64,000 nt of DNA from positions 16,988,001-17,052,000 of the forward strand of contig OZ287750.1 in assembly GCA_965649765.1 (NCBI GenBank). The letters are read 5' to 3'. Source of the DNA: Bispira polyomma. Its lineage: Eukaryota. The notes below the pieces were generated by a model. It was not told the DNA's origin. It was given only the letters and a program-made list of their open reading frames with translations, and ran no database searches. Of this stretch, positions 23,376 to 37,255 are shown piece by piece (within the stretch, counting starts at the first letter, position 1; each line of letters starts with the position of its first letter). The translations under genes and the position numbers were made by a program.

Positions 23376-23484
23376 GGGGCCATATTCACGAAGGGACTTA
23401 GCCAGGCCTTAGACTTAAATCAGTATACTTTTGTGCTAGATTTAAGCCTAAGACCTGGCTAAGTCCCTTCGTGAATATGGCCCC
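23376..23484. mobile_element. Short near-perfect palindromic MITE
   Basis: GGGGCCATATTCACGAAGGGACTTAGCCAGG...CCTGGCTAAGTCCCTTCGTGAATATGGCCCC. Confidence 0.8.
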
Positions 23485-24409
23485 AGATCACCATTATTTC
23501 AGACTAACTGTTCACTGATATATTGAACTTCGAATGATCCCAAATTGAAGAATATTCAACACAAAAAAAAAGACTTTTCAACTGACCAAAAATACAGTGT
23601 AACTGATAATTAATGAGAGTATAATTATCATATTGCTAATTGGTCTATAGGAACTGAAGACCAAATATTATGTTATTCACTGTCAATTGTGGGTACATTT
23701 GGTAATTTAAACAATTCATGAACGACTGAGAAGGTTCACTGTACTGATTGTAAATGGTAAAATAGAACTTTTAGAATGTTTACTTTGAAATAATGCAATT
23801 AAACTTTATGGAAAATGCAAAATATTTTATTCTGTACGCTGTCACTTTCTCAAAACAAAGCAACTTGAATATTTAAACTCAAAAATCATTCAGTTTAGAT
23901 GGCTTGTTCTGCACAAAAACAATATCTCCCAGATGAACAATTTAGTAACAATAGTTTGACCTATGGTAAACAGTGTTTTGTGTTCCACTTGAAGCTTTTT
24001 AAGCATTGTTCATATGCACACGGTTGCATTATACCAACAGGTCATGCCAGTATGGATCACCAGTATATCTGATGATGTTTGCCCATATGTATACCCGTAT
24101 TGATCATTATTGATTAAAATCGCACAGTTACCTAAACCAACGGAAACTTTACGTTTTTTTTGGTGTGTATAACAATATTTGTCTTTAAAATTTGTTATTA
24201 ACATTTGCACCATATGTTGGGTGAATTGTCAAAACCCTTCTACAAATAAGAACGTTGTGTTAAACTAAACTTATTTATCAGGCGACGTTTAGTTTGATCT
24301 ACAACTCTAGACATTTTCACTTTACGTTAAACATGTCGGTTGTACAATACTTCAGGGACTGCTTTGTCATTGGAAGATAATATTGGGACATATTATCACT
24401 AGAGTGTGT

Positions 24410-24780
24410 GTACGGGTGTATGATCCCATACGGACTTTTTGTATTGGACTTCTGTCTGTAGTTGAATATAACACATCATAGTTGTGAGGATTTGGTATCC
24501 AGCTGAATTTATTCATTGTCATGATTTGATTATATTGTAGCATACAAACTGATACAAGTTAGTGTAAATGTCCTTTATGGACATAATATTTGTGTCCATG
24601 GGTGACCTCATACTGACAATTTGTGCATTGAAGTTCTGTCTTCGGTTGGATATATCACACTAGAGCTGTGCGGGTTTGGGATCCAGCTGAATCTATTGTC
24701 ATTGTTTGATTATATTGTATCATGCAAACTGGTGCAGTTTAGTGTAAATGTATATATGGGCATAAAATGTGTGTATAAAA
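24410..24780. repeat. Diverged ~183-bp tandem duplication
   Basis: atccagctgaat...ttgattatattgta..cat.caaactg...ttagtgtaaatgt occurs twice. Confidence 0.7.
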
Positions 24781-25104
24781 CTATGCATTTAGTGTAAAGA
24801 AGAGAAACAGTGGAGTATTTCAATGATGTGATATATACACAATGTGATATTAATAAATTTTAAAGATTCCTCAGTTGTATTTTTTTTGTGACCGTTTAGT
24901 CCCAGTGGTTCAACCCATTTCTTCTATTTTTCTTAGAGGAGTTACAATTTCTGAAGTTACTCTATTGACTCCCTCTTAATGTTAATGTTTTCACTTTTAT
25001 AGCACCATAATCAATGACCAGGCATCCTCTGTGGCGCAAATTCCAATCAGTCTGAAAAAAATTGTCCAATAGGAGAAAAAGGTGATTAGAGTTTAGTTAT
25101 GACC

Positions 25105-25610
25105 AACAGACGAATGTTAAGGGGGAATAGTGAGTTGATACGAATGTGTTTTGAGCTTTTTCCTGAAGCCTGAAATCCTTGTCTCAGTGTGAAGACTAGT
25201 AGGGAGACTATTCCGCTCAGCAGGTGCTGAAAATTTGAATGATTTTAAACCAGCCAGTTTTTTGAGTAAGAAGCCCAAGGTGGAGAGTCGCTTTCCTCTG
25301 GTAAGATAGCTGAGAGACAGCATAGATGATAAGAAGGCAGGTTGCTGCACATGCACTATCTTAAAAAGGAGGACATTTACCTTGAATTTAATATGGAATT
25401 CAATGAGGCAGCTAATGCAATTTTTAAGCAGAGGTATTGTGAGCAGCTTGTTTATTTGCCGTATCCAAATCCATATAATAGTGAATTGCAGTAATCAAGT
25501 CTACTTGCCACCGGGGCATTAGCCACTGCAACAGCATTTGCCAGAGTTGGGTGTCGGCGAATCTTACGAAAGTCATGGATTTTGCAGTAGCAGGATCAAC
25601 AGATGTTTGA
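25105..25610 (-). mobile_element. Decayed L2/CR1-group LINE 3' RT fragment
   Basis: Minus strand reads ...FRKIRRH...VANAPVASRLDYCNSLLYG... and ...FRKKLKTH, typical of the end of L2-clade ORF2. Confidence 0.75.
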
Positions 25611-27499
25611 AAAAAAAAATTAAGGAGAAATCCGGTAAAAGTTTTTCGTACTGATGGCAGGAAGTTAATTAATGCAGTGGGCCACAGGTGTGCCCTCCAG
25701 TATCGGTGTGCTTTTAAAACTGCTACAATAGTGTATAATGTTCTGAATTCAGGTTCGCCTGAATACTCCGCCCCACACTTGTGCTACTAGCCTACTACAA
25801 GTTTAATGTTAAAACCAGTTGAGCAGCTGCCGAAAATAAGTTCCTTCTTCCAAAATATATGTCCAAAGTACATTATAATAATACTAACATATTATAATAC
25901 TACTATCATAATAACTGTACAGTTTATTTTGCACTATCTCGACATAATATCAGGTCCATCTCTACCTAAATCAGGACTATCCTCTCAGTTTAGTAAATAC
26001 CAAAAATTCTTATTCTAAGTATAAAAACTTTAGTAAATACAGCCCCTGGCAATCCTATGTATTGCTTTTCACAATTCTTAGTTAGGAAAATTCTTATTCT
26101 AAGAATAACAAAAATCTTCAAACAGAAAATTTTCTAGGTATAAGAATGATTCTTATTGTAAGTATAAGAATGATTCTTATTTTAAGTATAAGAATGATTC
26201 TAAGTATAAGAACTTTAGTGAATATGGGCCCTGGTAAATTGCTGGTTTGATTTTAGGCAGCACTAAAATTCACCAAGCAGGCTGCCATATTTAAAATAGT
26301 TTCCATCCATTTACAGATTCTATCGATCTTACTAAAGTTAAAACCTAGATCAGAGTATTTGGCTTTAATTGCTTTTAAACCAGTTCAACATGTTTCAAAT
26401 AAAGTAGCTTGAGATACAAAAAAATGAGTACTGTAGGCAGATAAAATGTGGTTCAAGCTCTGTAAAAGTTGGAGGGGGGGGGGGGGGGGGGGGCTCTATA
26501 TGGATTGTTCTATAATACTCTTCTGCAGATATTAAAACATACATTCACTCACCCCTGTTGTCGTGATTCAAATCTTGGCTCTGGTTAATAAGACTCCCAG
26601 ACATCCTGAGAACGCGCCATAATGTTCACATATATTTAACTCCAAATATTTCAGTCTGGCAAAGGGTCCAGGAACATCGAAAGCAAGAAATCAAAGCAAA
26701 GAGAATGTTGTGGAATGGTGTGTACATTATTTTTGTGGCAAAGGCCAGCTATAGGATCTGCTAGCTGGTTGTATGTAGGAAAGTTCGCAGTGGACTTGTT
26801 CAATATTGGTTTTACAACTTTAAAACTGTGCCACAATTCAGCAAGTAAAACCGATTAAATTAGGACCATAATGAGAAACCATGATTTTACACCCATTTTC
26901 TGACAAGGTTGAGATATAATTGTAACGCCATTATGCTAGATCATACAATACTTTCCAAGCTTCTTGTTTTTGGTGACCATCTTGTTTTTCTGAATGACTG
27001 AACATGTCGATGTCATTTGGTTTAATAATGGTTTCTGTTACTCTGATCTCAAACTTAAAAAGGTGTACCTACTTTTTTATCATGGTGCCACCCTGATCAG
27101 AATCCAGTTTGAGTGTAAAAGATGGATTTCACTTTAAAAGTATCCAACCTGTTAAATCCTTCTAATGGAGTTTGATTACATCTTGGACACAATGTATTCA
27201 GAATATGAAACCAAATGGTCAATAATTCTTATAAGCACAATCATGACTCAATCTAGTGACTTAGATTCGGATTAGCTGCCTGTGACCTTGTTTCTGTATA
27301 GTGCGACTAAGGTTTCTCAGAACCTTCATTTTGAGCAACTTTGTAATTTATCCTTGACTTGCAAAGAATGTTTGATCAAATATATATCTGGGCATAATAT
27401 GGGTGCATAAAGAATACAGGGACCAGCAAAGAAGATTAGATCAGGTAATGCCAGTACAGCTTTCAAGAGGAATTAAGGTATTGACAAAATGACAACAAA

Positions 27500-30400
27500 T
27501 AAAATTCCTTTTGATATATTTTATTCTTTTTTTGATTTCTTTTGATATAGCTCTAGTGTGTATTATGGTTACAGGGTCTGCTTTAATCAATATAATACAA
27601 TGTGTACCAGTTCTGTTCTCCTCAGCAACTTCATATATTTCCCAATGAAATCCTTTAATGACGCTTACATTTTGATCATGGAATGGTAGCCAACTATCCA
27701 CTACCAATTAATATATACAACTACTCTCGTCTTCAAAGAGGCATCCTAATTTTTTAAAAACAAAAACATTTGCTTTAACATACACATGACTTTTTTGTAA
27801 AACAAAATAACAAAAAAAACCTAAAAGACTTTGGAATAATGCCAAAATGAACTTGGGGGACAAGTTTATTTTGGGGTAAAAAAACCCAGTTTACAATGAC
27901 GTTTAATTTACAATAGTGTGTTGCATAATGGACTATATTATGCAGTAGAACAGAAAAACAATTCTAATCACTGATATATGGCATTAAAAGCTCTTTTGTT
28001 TAAATTGGCGGTTGATAGAAAGACCTTTGGTTGACATCTAAACAGTGAACTAGCACTGGACAACAACACCAAGACATCTTTTTTTTTTGTAAATTTTCAA
28101 GATATAAATGCCCTGGATTTTTTTTATATTATTGAACAATGTATAAAGATAACAAATTAACTAAAGTGACACATAATAATAGTTAAGACATAATCACTTT
28201 TTTCAAAAATATACTTCTGAAACTTAAAAAAATAACCTCTGACTTTTTTCATGTTACAAGAGACAGTTTTCAAGTACAAGCTACACACATAGACACTGTT
28301 AGGGAGAGTTTAGTTTTAGTGCGGCCATTTCTGGAGGCGATTGTCCTCAAAGGATCAACCACTTACTGACGGGAGGTGGGCCAAAAATACACACAAATGG
28401 CCCAGAACCTGGCGGGGACTTCAATAACCACAACCTTATTATCATGCAGATCAAACTTTGTTCTAAAAAAAAACACATGTGCTTAACTGCATTAAAATCT
28501 GGGTCCCAGAAAAAAACCAAGAAGAACTAGTATTTGTTATCTACGCAAGGCTACAGTTATAATAGCTTGATATATACAAGATAGGTGGGCTTTAAGAGTT
28601 TAATCTGGCTAATCTATATACTACATATCTACGTTTTTTTTGTTATTTTAAGCTTAAATACAGTCTTTGTAAGTTAATAAGAGTAAACTGGGCTAAATAT
28701 ATATATAGATTATAATAATATAATATACTGTAAGTTAAACTAGTCTATGTTTATAAATAATATATATATCTGAATAAAATAATAAAATGAATAGAATTAT
28801 GTACAAGCGAAATATACTGATAGCTTTGACAGTAAGAGGCCAATACTTCACCTTGACACACGGTGGGACAATTCATCTACAAGATTGACGATTATTTAAG
28901 TAAATAAATAAAACACACACCAAAGAGAATGACATTTAAAAACCTTGTTCTGAAGACTCGCTGAACTGTTCTTGAAGTTGAGTGTTTACAACACCCAAAA
29001 AACATCCAAAAAACCAAACAAAAAGAGAACCGAAGGATCCTATGTAAATGCAACAAACCAACTATATGTAAACTCCCCCCAATAAAATACAACCTCACAA
29101 AGTTCTGGTCTCTAGTAGAATAATAAACACCCCCTATCTACCTACCCACTAATGAACCAGTAGTCCTAGTCACCTTGGAAACCTATGGAAGTATGGAACA
29201 AAACCTAACAAATAGACAACTCACACCAAGTCTCTCGTGGCAAAATTTCTTTTGTTATTTATTTTTTTTCTTTTCCCAAATCTTCTAGTAACTGGTTAAA
29301 CTTTAACAGCAATCTTGGAAATATGTAAATTTGGCATCAATAAAAGTGATAAATTATAATTTAAAATTTAAAGCCAAATATCATAGAAGAAAAAAAGGGG
29401 AGAAGTTTTGACCAAATCTTTAAAGGGTTACTTCAAACTATCACGGGTGATTATTTTAACCTCATTAACAGTGTATACAGAATACAGAATTCTTATTCCA
29501 CTCAGCCCCACCCACCTACCTCCCATAAACACCCCCCAACCCACCCCAATTTACATGTACACCGTACAACAGTTTTTTGTATAAATATAGAGAGATATAT
29601 ATCTGTACAGTAGAGTGTATATATATTTATATATCAATTTCACAGTGGAATATAAAATCAGTTCTCATCGAGTCCAACTACAGGTGAAGTAATAAAACAC
29701 TGACAACATCCATTTGTACACAAATTTCTGGCACAGACTTTTTTTTGTTCTATAAAAATAAAAGGCAAAGGGAGAATGGAGACAAAAATGTGTACAATTT
29801 GAGATTTCTTTTCCTCCCCTATACAATGAACATGCCGCCACAGTAATGGGTTCTAATCCCCTACACGAGACACTCAAAGCAAAGAAACATGGACACCCCA
29901 GAAGTTCTAAAGAGCGCAAACACACGCCACACCTAAAACAGGACTGCCTAAATCATCCATCGAATAAATAAATACATCTACAGACAACAGCATATAAGAA
30001 CTCCTATAAATTTACCTAGTTCTTTAAAAATCAAAAACTGATCCACCGAGATTAACTGCATTACCTACAACCTTGTAACAACACCCTACCTTTTACAAGA
30101 GGGAATTCTAAGAGATCTCAAAGCAAGACCTTGTCCAACTAAAACTTGAAATGAAACAACAGATCTTAGTAAAGTAATTGAGATTAACTAAACCATCAAC
30201 TTGAGATTAAATCACAAACTTCATTAACAATAACAAACCCTGGAGATTAAAAGAAACTTCTTTACCCAACTAGATCTGCAATTGTGTCAAATCTTGCAAA
30301 ATTTATCTGAGTGTAATAATGACTATTTTTGATTAAAAAATAAAATACCAAACACTTTTCTTATCATACTGCTAAAACATCTTAGGAGTCCAGTTATTTC

Positions 30401-33400
30401 TAATTTATTGTTCAACTTGTCTCAGAAATTAAATTTGTAGACTTCAAAGAATTTAAAATTTCAATTTTAAAAATTTCAAAATTTTTAACTACAAGAAAGT
30501 GGCCACTATAAAATAGCTGCTGCCACTTTTTAAAACTTGGCTTGACCTAATAATTCCTGATGAACACAATTTATGTAGGCAAATTTTTTTAACGAAAACA
30601 ATAAAATCATTTTGTACACCTTGTGATAACAGCTCATAATTAGCAGATATCTCAATAGATTAACAACCTGTGGCCAAGTAAAAAGAACTCGCCAAAACGT
30701 GGCCACTTTAAAGTGAATGGGTGAACAAGTTTGAAAACCTTGTACGATTAGAACAAACCATGGCCGCCAAATTTACAAACTCAATTGATTTTAAACAAAA
30801 GTACCCTAAATATTCCTATGTAAATTGGCTGAAAAATGGAAGGGATTCAAAATATTAAGCCAAAGTGCCGGAACAATTTTCTTTTGGTTAAACTGGGTTT
30901 TTTTCTAATTAACTTATTTTTTTTAAATTGTTTGTAAGACAATGCAATCAATAATTTGCTGAATCTCTTTTCAAATTTTACTGTAAGCCACAGGTTGTCG
31001 ATAAAATATTGCACTAAATCAGTGACGTTAGCATTGTCTGAGGTTGTGAACACAAACCATTTGAGCCGTGTAAGTAAACTTTTCACCCATGTAATTTTAT
31101 TACACACACATATCACACACACGGAGATAGGAACGCTCTAAACTAGTACCTGGCTAAAACAACAACAAAACCCCTATTTCTTTTTAACTCTATAATTTCG
31201 GCTACAAAAGCTCCGTATTGACCTCTTACTGAAGCTACGTGACAGAAATATAGAATCTGACCAGAGTGAACATTGGTCCAACTTATATAACTTTCACATG
31301 ACTAGATTTTTTTTTTTGTATCTATATATGTATGCAATATCATTATATAATATTATACACTAGTAGAGAGATTATATACAGATATATGTGATAGTTACTA
31401 CTAAAAAAAAATATCAACTACAATTAAGTACTCTAATCTAAAAAAAAGTTAAGCAGAGAACATTTTTTATTGTTTTCTATCGCGTTATTAAGCTGTGAAG
31501 CAGAATAAATAGTTGAGACAAGCAGAGATTGATGCATTATAACAATGACTCTGTTCCCAGTTGTTGTGTATACAAAGACCATATGTATGCATCCCCCCCC
31601 TCCTCCCCTTTGTTGTTAGTAGCAGAAATATAAATACTACAAGCATTAATTCTAGCACATCCCCCCCTTTTGTTAACTTAATAGCATAAAAGAACTACCT
31701 TAACTACAGATTAATAACTAAAAAAAAAATGAAAACAACTGACCGCCAGAGTGGCCATTTTTGGTTAAATTAAAACATCAATTTGTTAGTTTGATAATAA
31801 ATTAACACACTCATTATCATAATTTATATGAATAAATTAGCATTATACAGACTATTACCACAAAATTTTGTATTTACAAAAAAAATAAACAATGTGTAAA
31901 CATAACTGTTACTCGAACCAGACAAATGTCTGCTTCTTTTAACTTGGGCGGAACTTAAAACTGAGTTAGACATAAAAACGCAAGAGATCCTCGGCCCTCA
32001 AGTCTTTCTAGTCTGATCCTGCATAATTAAGTGGTTTAATTCACTGTTTACTGCTTCTACATCAGCGTTAACATAGATAGAGTCAAACTGAGACAACATT
32101 TTAAAAAGAAACAGAAAAACTGGCACCATCTTTGGATAATTTACGATCGTGTTGAATCTAAAAGAGACTACAATAGTTTCTTTTAATGTTTTCACTGACG
32201 GAGCATTCTGACTGCCGCAAAACTTCAGATTACGCAGTAGAGACTACAAAGATTTAAGTAATACTAAATAAACAACTGAATATACACATGTAGTGTGACT
32301 AACAATGATCTGGGATACATGACTAAGGGGTTTTCTCAATATCTCACTAATCGCCAAACATGAAATGTCTCATTGTTAAGTTTTCCTATATAATTTGCAA
32401 GAACAACCCCTTCTGAAAATAATTACTTTCATCAACAGGTTTTCCTAACATTTATATACTTGGTTAGTTTACTGACCGACCTGTAAACTAATTTTTTAAA
32501 ATGCTTTAAAACACTTATGTCATGGTACTAGAAAATCTGATACGAATATACTTTTGAAATGGCTTTTTTGATTATTTGTCATATTATACTGCAATAACAA
32601 AATTAGTCAACAAGAATATAACATAAACATGTGTTTAACTGTTACCCCCATCCATTTGGATACAGAGACATTTTTTTACACCTAAGACACTGAACTAAGC
32701 CTTAAAAATATCCTACAATTCATAACCAGAATGAATAACTTAAAGAGACAACTTGTTATAACAAAGAAACAACGTGGTATTATCACTTTTGCACTCAAAC
32801 GTACCGTGTAGGCATGTGTCATCACCAATTACCCATACAGTACTGAGAGTTCAAATACCCGAAAGGAATGTTTTCCAAACTTCTTAACACAACTTAAAAC
32901 TCGGGGAAAACCTACACTGTTTTTTTATTCTTTACGAAGGAAGTATCCTTTATTTACACATTTCCTTTACTTTCATTGCATAATTTTGACCAAATTTTAC
33001 ATTAACAAGACAACTTTGCAAGAGATATTAAACATTAGAAATGCAAGTTTATTATAACAAACGTCACTATAAATTTATCAGTAGCAGTGTAGGTTATCCA
33101 GAGTAAATTTTACACAAAAAAATAGAAAACTATACCAGTTACAATGCATTGTGTGTATATGGGTTACCCCTAAACTGCTGTGCATTGATAGTTTTCTTAA
33201 AATTGCTTTATTAAAATTACCTAGGACACACATAATAATATAGCCAAACAGAACAAAACACTGTCAAATGCAGAAAAGCGGTGCATTTATTTTGCGTAGT
33301 TTTTGCGTAATTAAGCGATGTAAGCCCATCTGCCATATGATCTTTGGATACATCTTTAGTGACATTATAATGGCTTTTTATTGTGACAATCTTAAGGCAA

Positions 33401-33932
33401 ACCAATAGTTTTTAAAATTTTAATATCTAAATATGAGGTTTCTTACTGTTTCCTCATCTTTACTTTAAAATACAGATATGTTTTAAATAGTAGTGACTAA
33501 ATGTCCATATATATATATATATATCTATATATATAAGAAAGATATATATATATAGAGAACATATATACACTAGTTTACTTTTCAACCCCCATATTATATA
33601 CAAAGTGTGTGACCAACTAGATTGGTTACTATATTTAGATTAATGAAAAAAATTAAAGAAAAGAAAAATAAGTAAAAACAAAATCCATCTCTTTGAAAAT
33701 AATAGTAATAGTAATGAATAACAAGGGTTTGGAAATATAACTGTGAAAAAGCCAGGCTGAATCCATTCTATTGTTTGTATGGAGTCAAACATGCACTAGT
33801 ATAGGACTGTTTTCATCTTCTTTGAATGTCTTGTGTCACAAATCCACACACAAGTCTCCTTTAAACTTAGCCATCATGTCTATTATGTGTTTTCAGTGTA
33901 GGAGCTATCTCTAGTGCAAGTAACTTTCCAAT
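27500..33932 (-). other. Probable terminal 3' UTR exon of the CELF gene (~6.4 kb)
   Basis: Strong acceptor (long T run then GTTCACAG|) at 33933. The minus strand is U-rich with no recognisable TE. AATAAA at ~27520-27525 is followed by a U/GU-rich stretch. The 3' end is approximate. Confidence 0.55.
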
Positions 33933-35718
33933 CTGTGAACAAAAAAAAAAAAAAAGAGGTAAAATAAAAATCTTCACAAACTACTGACTGGATTTGTAAA
34001 AAAAAAAATTGCTGTAAAAATAAAGTATTATTGGTCGATTAACTAACTTTTCTTTCAGATTAATCAACTACAAAATATTTTAGATTTGACTTGACTTTTA
34101 TTCACTTTAGTATTAGATTGATCAGTTTTACTGGAGATATCTGTTTCTGCTGTAGACTGCGACATTACTGCTACTATTACTATTGACTATATATATATCA
34201 GTGTTTTCTTTTATTCCACAAGACGAGATACTAAGTAACACACGGGCTGAGATGATTAATACAACTACTAAACAGGTCACAGTATTAGTAAACTTTGAAA
34301 GCCTTGTGTTCACAACACAGGAAATTGCAACAATGAAGTTAAAACACCAAAGTCTTGCACTGATCTAGAATTTGAGGGTTGACACATGTAAGTAATCAGA
34401 AACTGATGTCTGTAGCTGATAATCTCAGGTCTATTCTTTGTACAGAAGAGGTGTGTGAATATCTACTCGCATTATATCATCGATGTTATTGGAAATTTGG
34501 TGCCGTGAACAAAATCACTACTTATGTTAGTTAGCATTCTTTTCCAAAATAGAATCTCTATGACATAAATCACAGTAGTGTCTCCCGAGTTCATGCCTAG
34601 TACAATTAGTATGTCCTCAGTATATGACATTTAGTTATAAACTCAAATATTCTAACAAAACAGCCCACCAGGAATATATTGAAAGAAGTTTGACAATTCA
34701 CATTGAAAAAGGAAGCCAGACTGGGATTAATTCCATTAACATACAACAATTTAACACTTTTTTATGGATACATAGGCCTATAACATGTTAAAGAGATTAG
34801 AACTTTGACGTGTTGTTAGCCGTTTTGCTGCCAAATTTCCCATTATAGGCCTATGTACATATATTGAGGAATTAATTCAATTAAATATGTTGACCGTATA
34901 AAAAAAATATCACTAGCAACACATTATACACCCTTTTATTATGAAGAAGAAAAATGAAAGTGACAATCTAAAATACAAACGGGTAAATTAAATACAATAG
35001 TGTTACATACGTTACACACAAGAAATATCAAATTTGTTTTAACACATGTCGTTTCTGACGATATTAATATTCAAACACAATGTGATTTCAATCCACACAC
35101 ATTATGTATATTGATTGATCTAAGTTTGGACACAGGTCAATGTGAAATTCTGGCAAAATATGCTAAAAACATAAAGGAAATACAAATCCTGGACTCAGAT
35201 TCCTAGTTAGTCTTTTGAACAAACTGTATTGTACTGGGTGTAGTGGTCACTCGGTGGTCAGTAGCCGTGGATTTCCATGAATGACTACAGGTTATCAAAT
35301 TTGAGCTATTTACGCTCTTTGGTTAACTTAAACAGTTAACTAATGTCAGTAGAGCCATTAATGTCCAAATGAAAACATTCAGAAAGTCTGAATTAATTGT
35401 TGTTTTTTTTGTTGTTTTTTTTGGGGGGGGGAGGGGGGGGGGGGTGTCAAATGCTTACAATGCATTCTAAACCGTTCGTATATATTTGTTGCTTAGATAT
35501 CATAAGTTTGTTTTGGTTTCATCTAATTTAATTGGTACATGTTTGAATCATCTAAAAGGTTATTTTATTGGCCAAAAAGAAGAAGGAATCTGAACCCCTG
35601 ATTTGGTACACCAAGGCAACTGTGAAAAACAAAGCCCACTGATTCTGGAGACAAGTCTAAAAACACTGAACAACACACCACAGTGTAACCAGAGCCCTCT
35701 CTCCCTGCTCAAACTTAC

Positions 35719-35825
35719 GCACAGGTGGGCATATAAGTATACCCTCCACCAATCAGGGCTCAGATCTCTGCTCATGTGATCTGAGCACCTGTTTTAGTCA
35801 GTCGACAGTTGCGTGTGTGATTTAT
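35719..35825 (-). other. Candidate non-coding cassette exon in the CELF 3' UTR
   Basis: Acceptor tttgcattttgcattccctcAG| at 35826 and donor TGC|GTAAGT at 35718 define 107 nt. Confidence 0.45.
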
Positions 35826-36281
35826 CTGAGGGAATGCAAAATGCAAATTAGGTTCTTTTTTGTGTTTATTTTCATGTACACAGAAAATCATTTCTTCATG
35901 CTCTTATTGGAACCGAGATATGCACACTGATCAACTTATGAAGTATGGGTTTAAATACACATGTTTAGCACTGTATAGCCTAGCGACAAACTGCATTTAA
36001 TTCACAAGTTACCATATGTTTTACCATATCCTTACAGACAAATTTCAGACTGAATGTTGTGATACTTAAAATCAATACATCTATCTAAACCAACCCAGTT
36101 AACTTTTCAAGACTTTTCTATATAAACAAATTCCAAAACAAGATTCTTCCTCAAATAATTGCGGTCTTCCGGAATGTCCTATAACTTCTACACAAACTAC
36201 ATTTGCTGGCACTCTATTCTCACAAACCACGAAAACCCTTCAACTCTTTATATTTACCTTCTGCTTTGAATGCTATGCATC

Positions 36282-36409
36282 TTAATAAGGCTTGTTGGCA
36301 TCCTTGGGCCGCTTCAGCTGGACTTTGAGCCTCTTCATGCCGATCTGGAATCCATTCATGGCTTGGATAGCTGCTTGGGCACTGGTGGGGTTGTCAAAGC
36401 TCACAAAGC
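36282..36409 (-). CDS. CELF4: CELF last coding exon (RRM3 end)
   Basis: Reads [42 protein letters not shown]. The exon continues to a donor AAG|GTAAAT at 36258. Confidence 0.97.
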
Positions 36410-36454
36410 CTGCAATTACAAGTTACAATTTAGTTTGAGTTTGACGTCCCTGTC

Positions 36455-36645
36455 AACAGCTTAGCTCATATCATGATGGCCAGATTGAATGAGTGGAAGA
36501 AACCAAGCACAGTAAACCAATGACCTATAGTAAGTACCCGACAAACTTTTCCACATGAAGGAATGAACAGGATTCAAACCCACATTGGTGAGAGGCCAGT
36601 GATTGTGTAGTAGGCCACAAAGTAACTGTGTACAACTGGGCAGCA
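36455..36645 (-). mobile_element. SINE copy of the same family as 990-1215
   Basis: aaaccaatgacctatagtaagtacccgacaaacttttccacatgaaggaa, plus a B-box-like GGTTTGAATCC on the minus strand. Confidence 0.65.
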
Positions 36646-37111
36646 TAATGGATAGAGTTGACTTTGGACTTAAAATCACTTTCAAACCGTCTTTGTGTCA
36701 TAGCACCACGGGCAGTCCACTGGTAGTGGAAATTAGACCAAAGTAATAGATCAAGGTTTTGTTTAAAGCAAGTCTACTGCCAACTTTTCCATAGAGACAA
36801 TGGGCATCACAATAGGCAACAGAATGGACTCAACTTATCAGTTACTGATCAGCTTAACATGCATAATTAAATAAGTGACCAGCACCTTATAAAAGCCAAA
36901 AGGTTATGTCAATATGTGTTTGTAAGTATAAAACACTACATAAGCTTACTTTAGCTTAATACATTGTAAGTTACCTTCATAAAAACATAATATAGGATTT
37001 TGCAACTACAAAAGACTACATCCACATATAGACATTGTATGTTAGCCTTGACATGTATTTTAAGGAGTCTAACTATTGAACACCCCACTAAAGAGCGGCT
37101 GCCAGACTTAC

Positions 37112-37255
37112 CAAAGCACTTGCTCTGGTTGGTAGCACGGTCCACGTACACCTTTGCGCTGATGACTGTTCCGAATGGCATGAACATCTGGGCTAGCTCT
37201 GCATCTCCAAACTCCTGGGGCAGATGGTAGATGAAGAGGTTGCAGCCCTCGGGAC
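37112..37255 (-). CDS. CELF4: CELF RRM3 exon
   Basis: Reads [48 protein letters not shown] between canonical AG and GTAAGT. Confidence 0.97.

Noticed and set aside
26474-26493. Poly-G tract (another at ~35423-35444)
   Set aside because: Simple homopolymer with no supporting structure.
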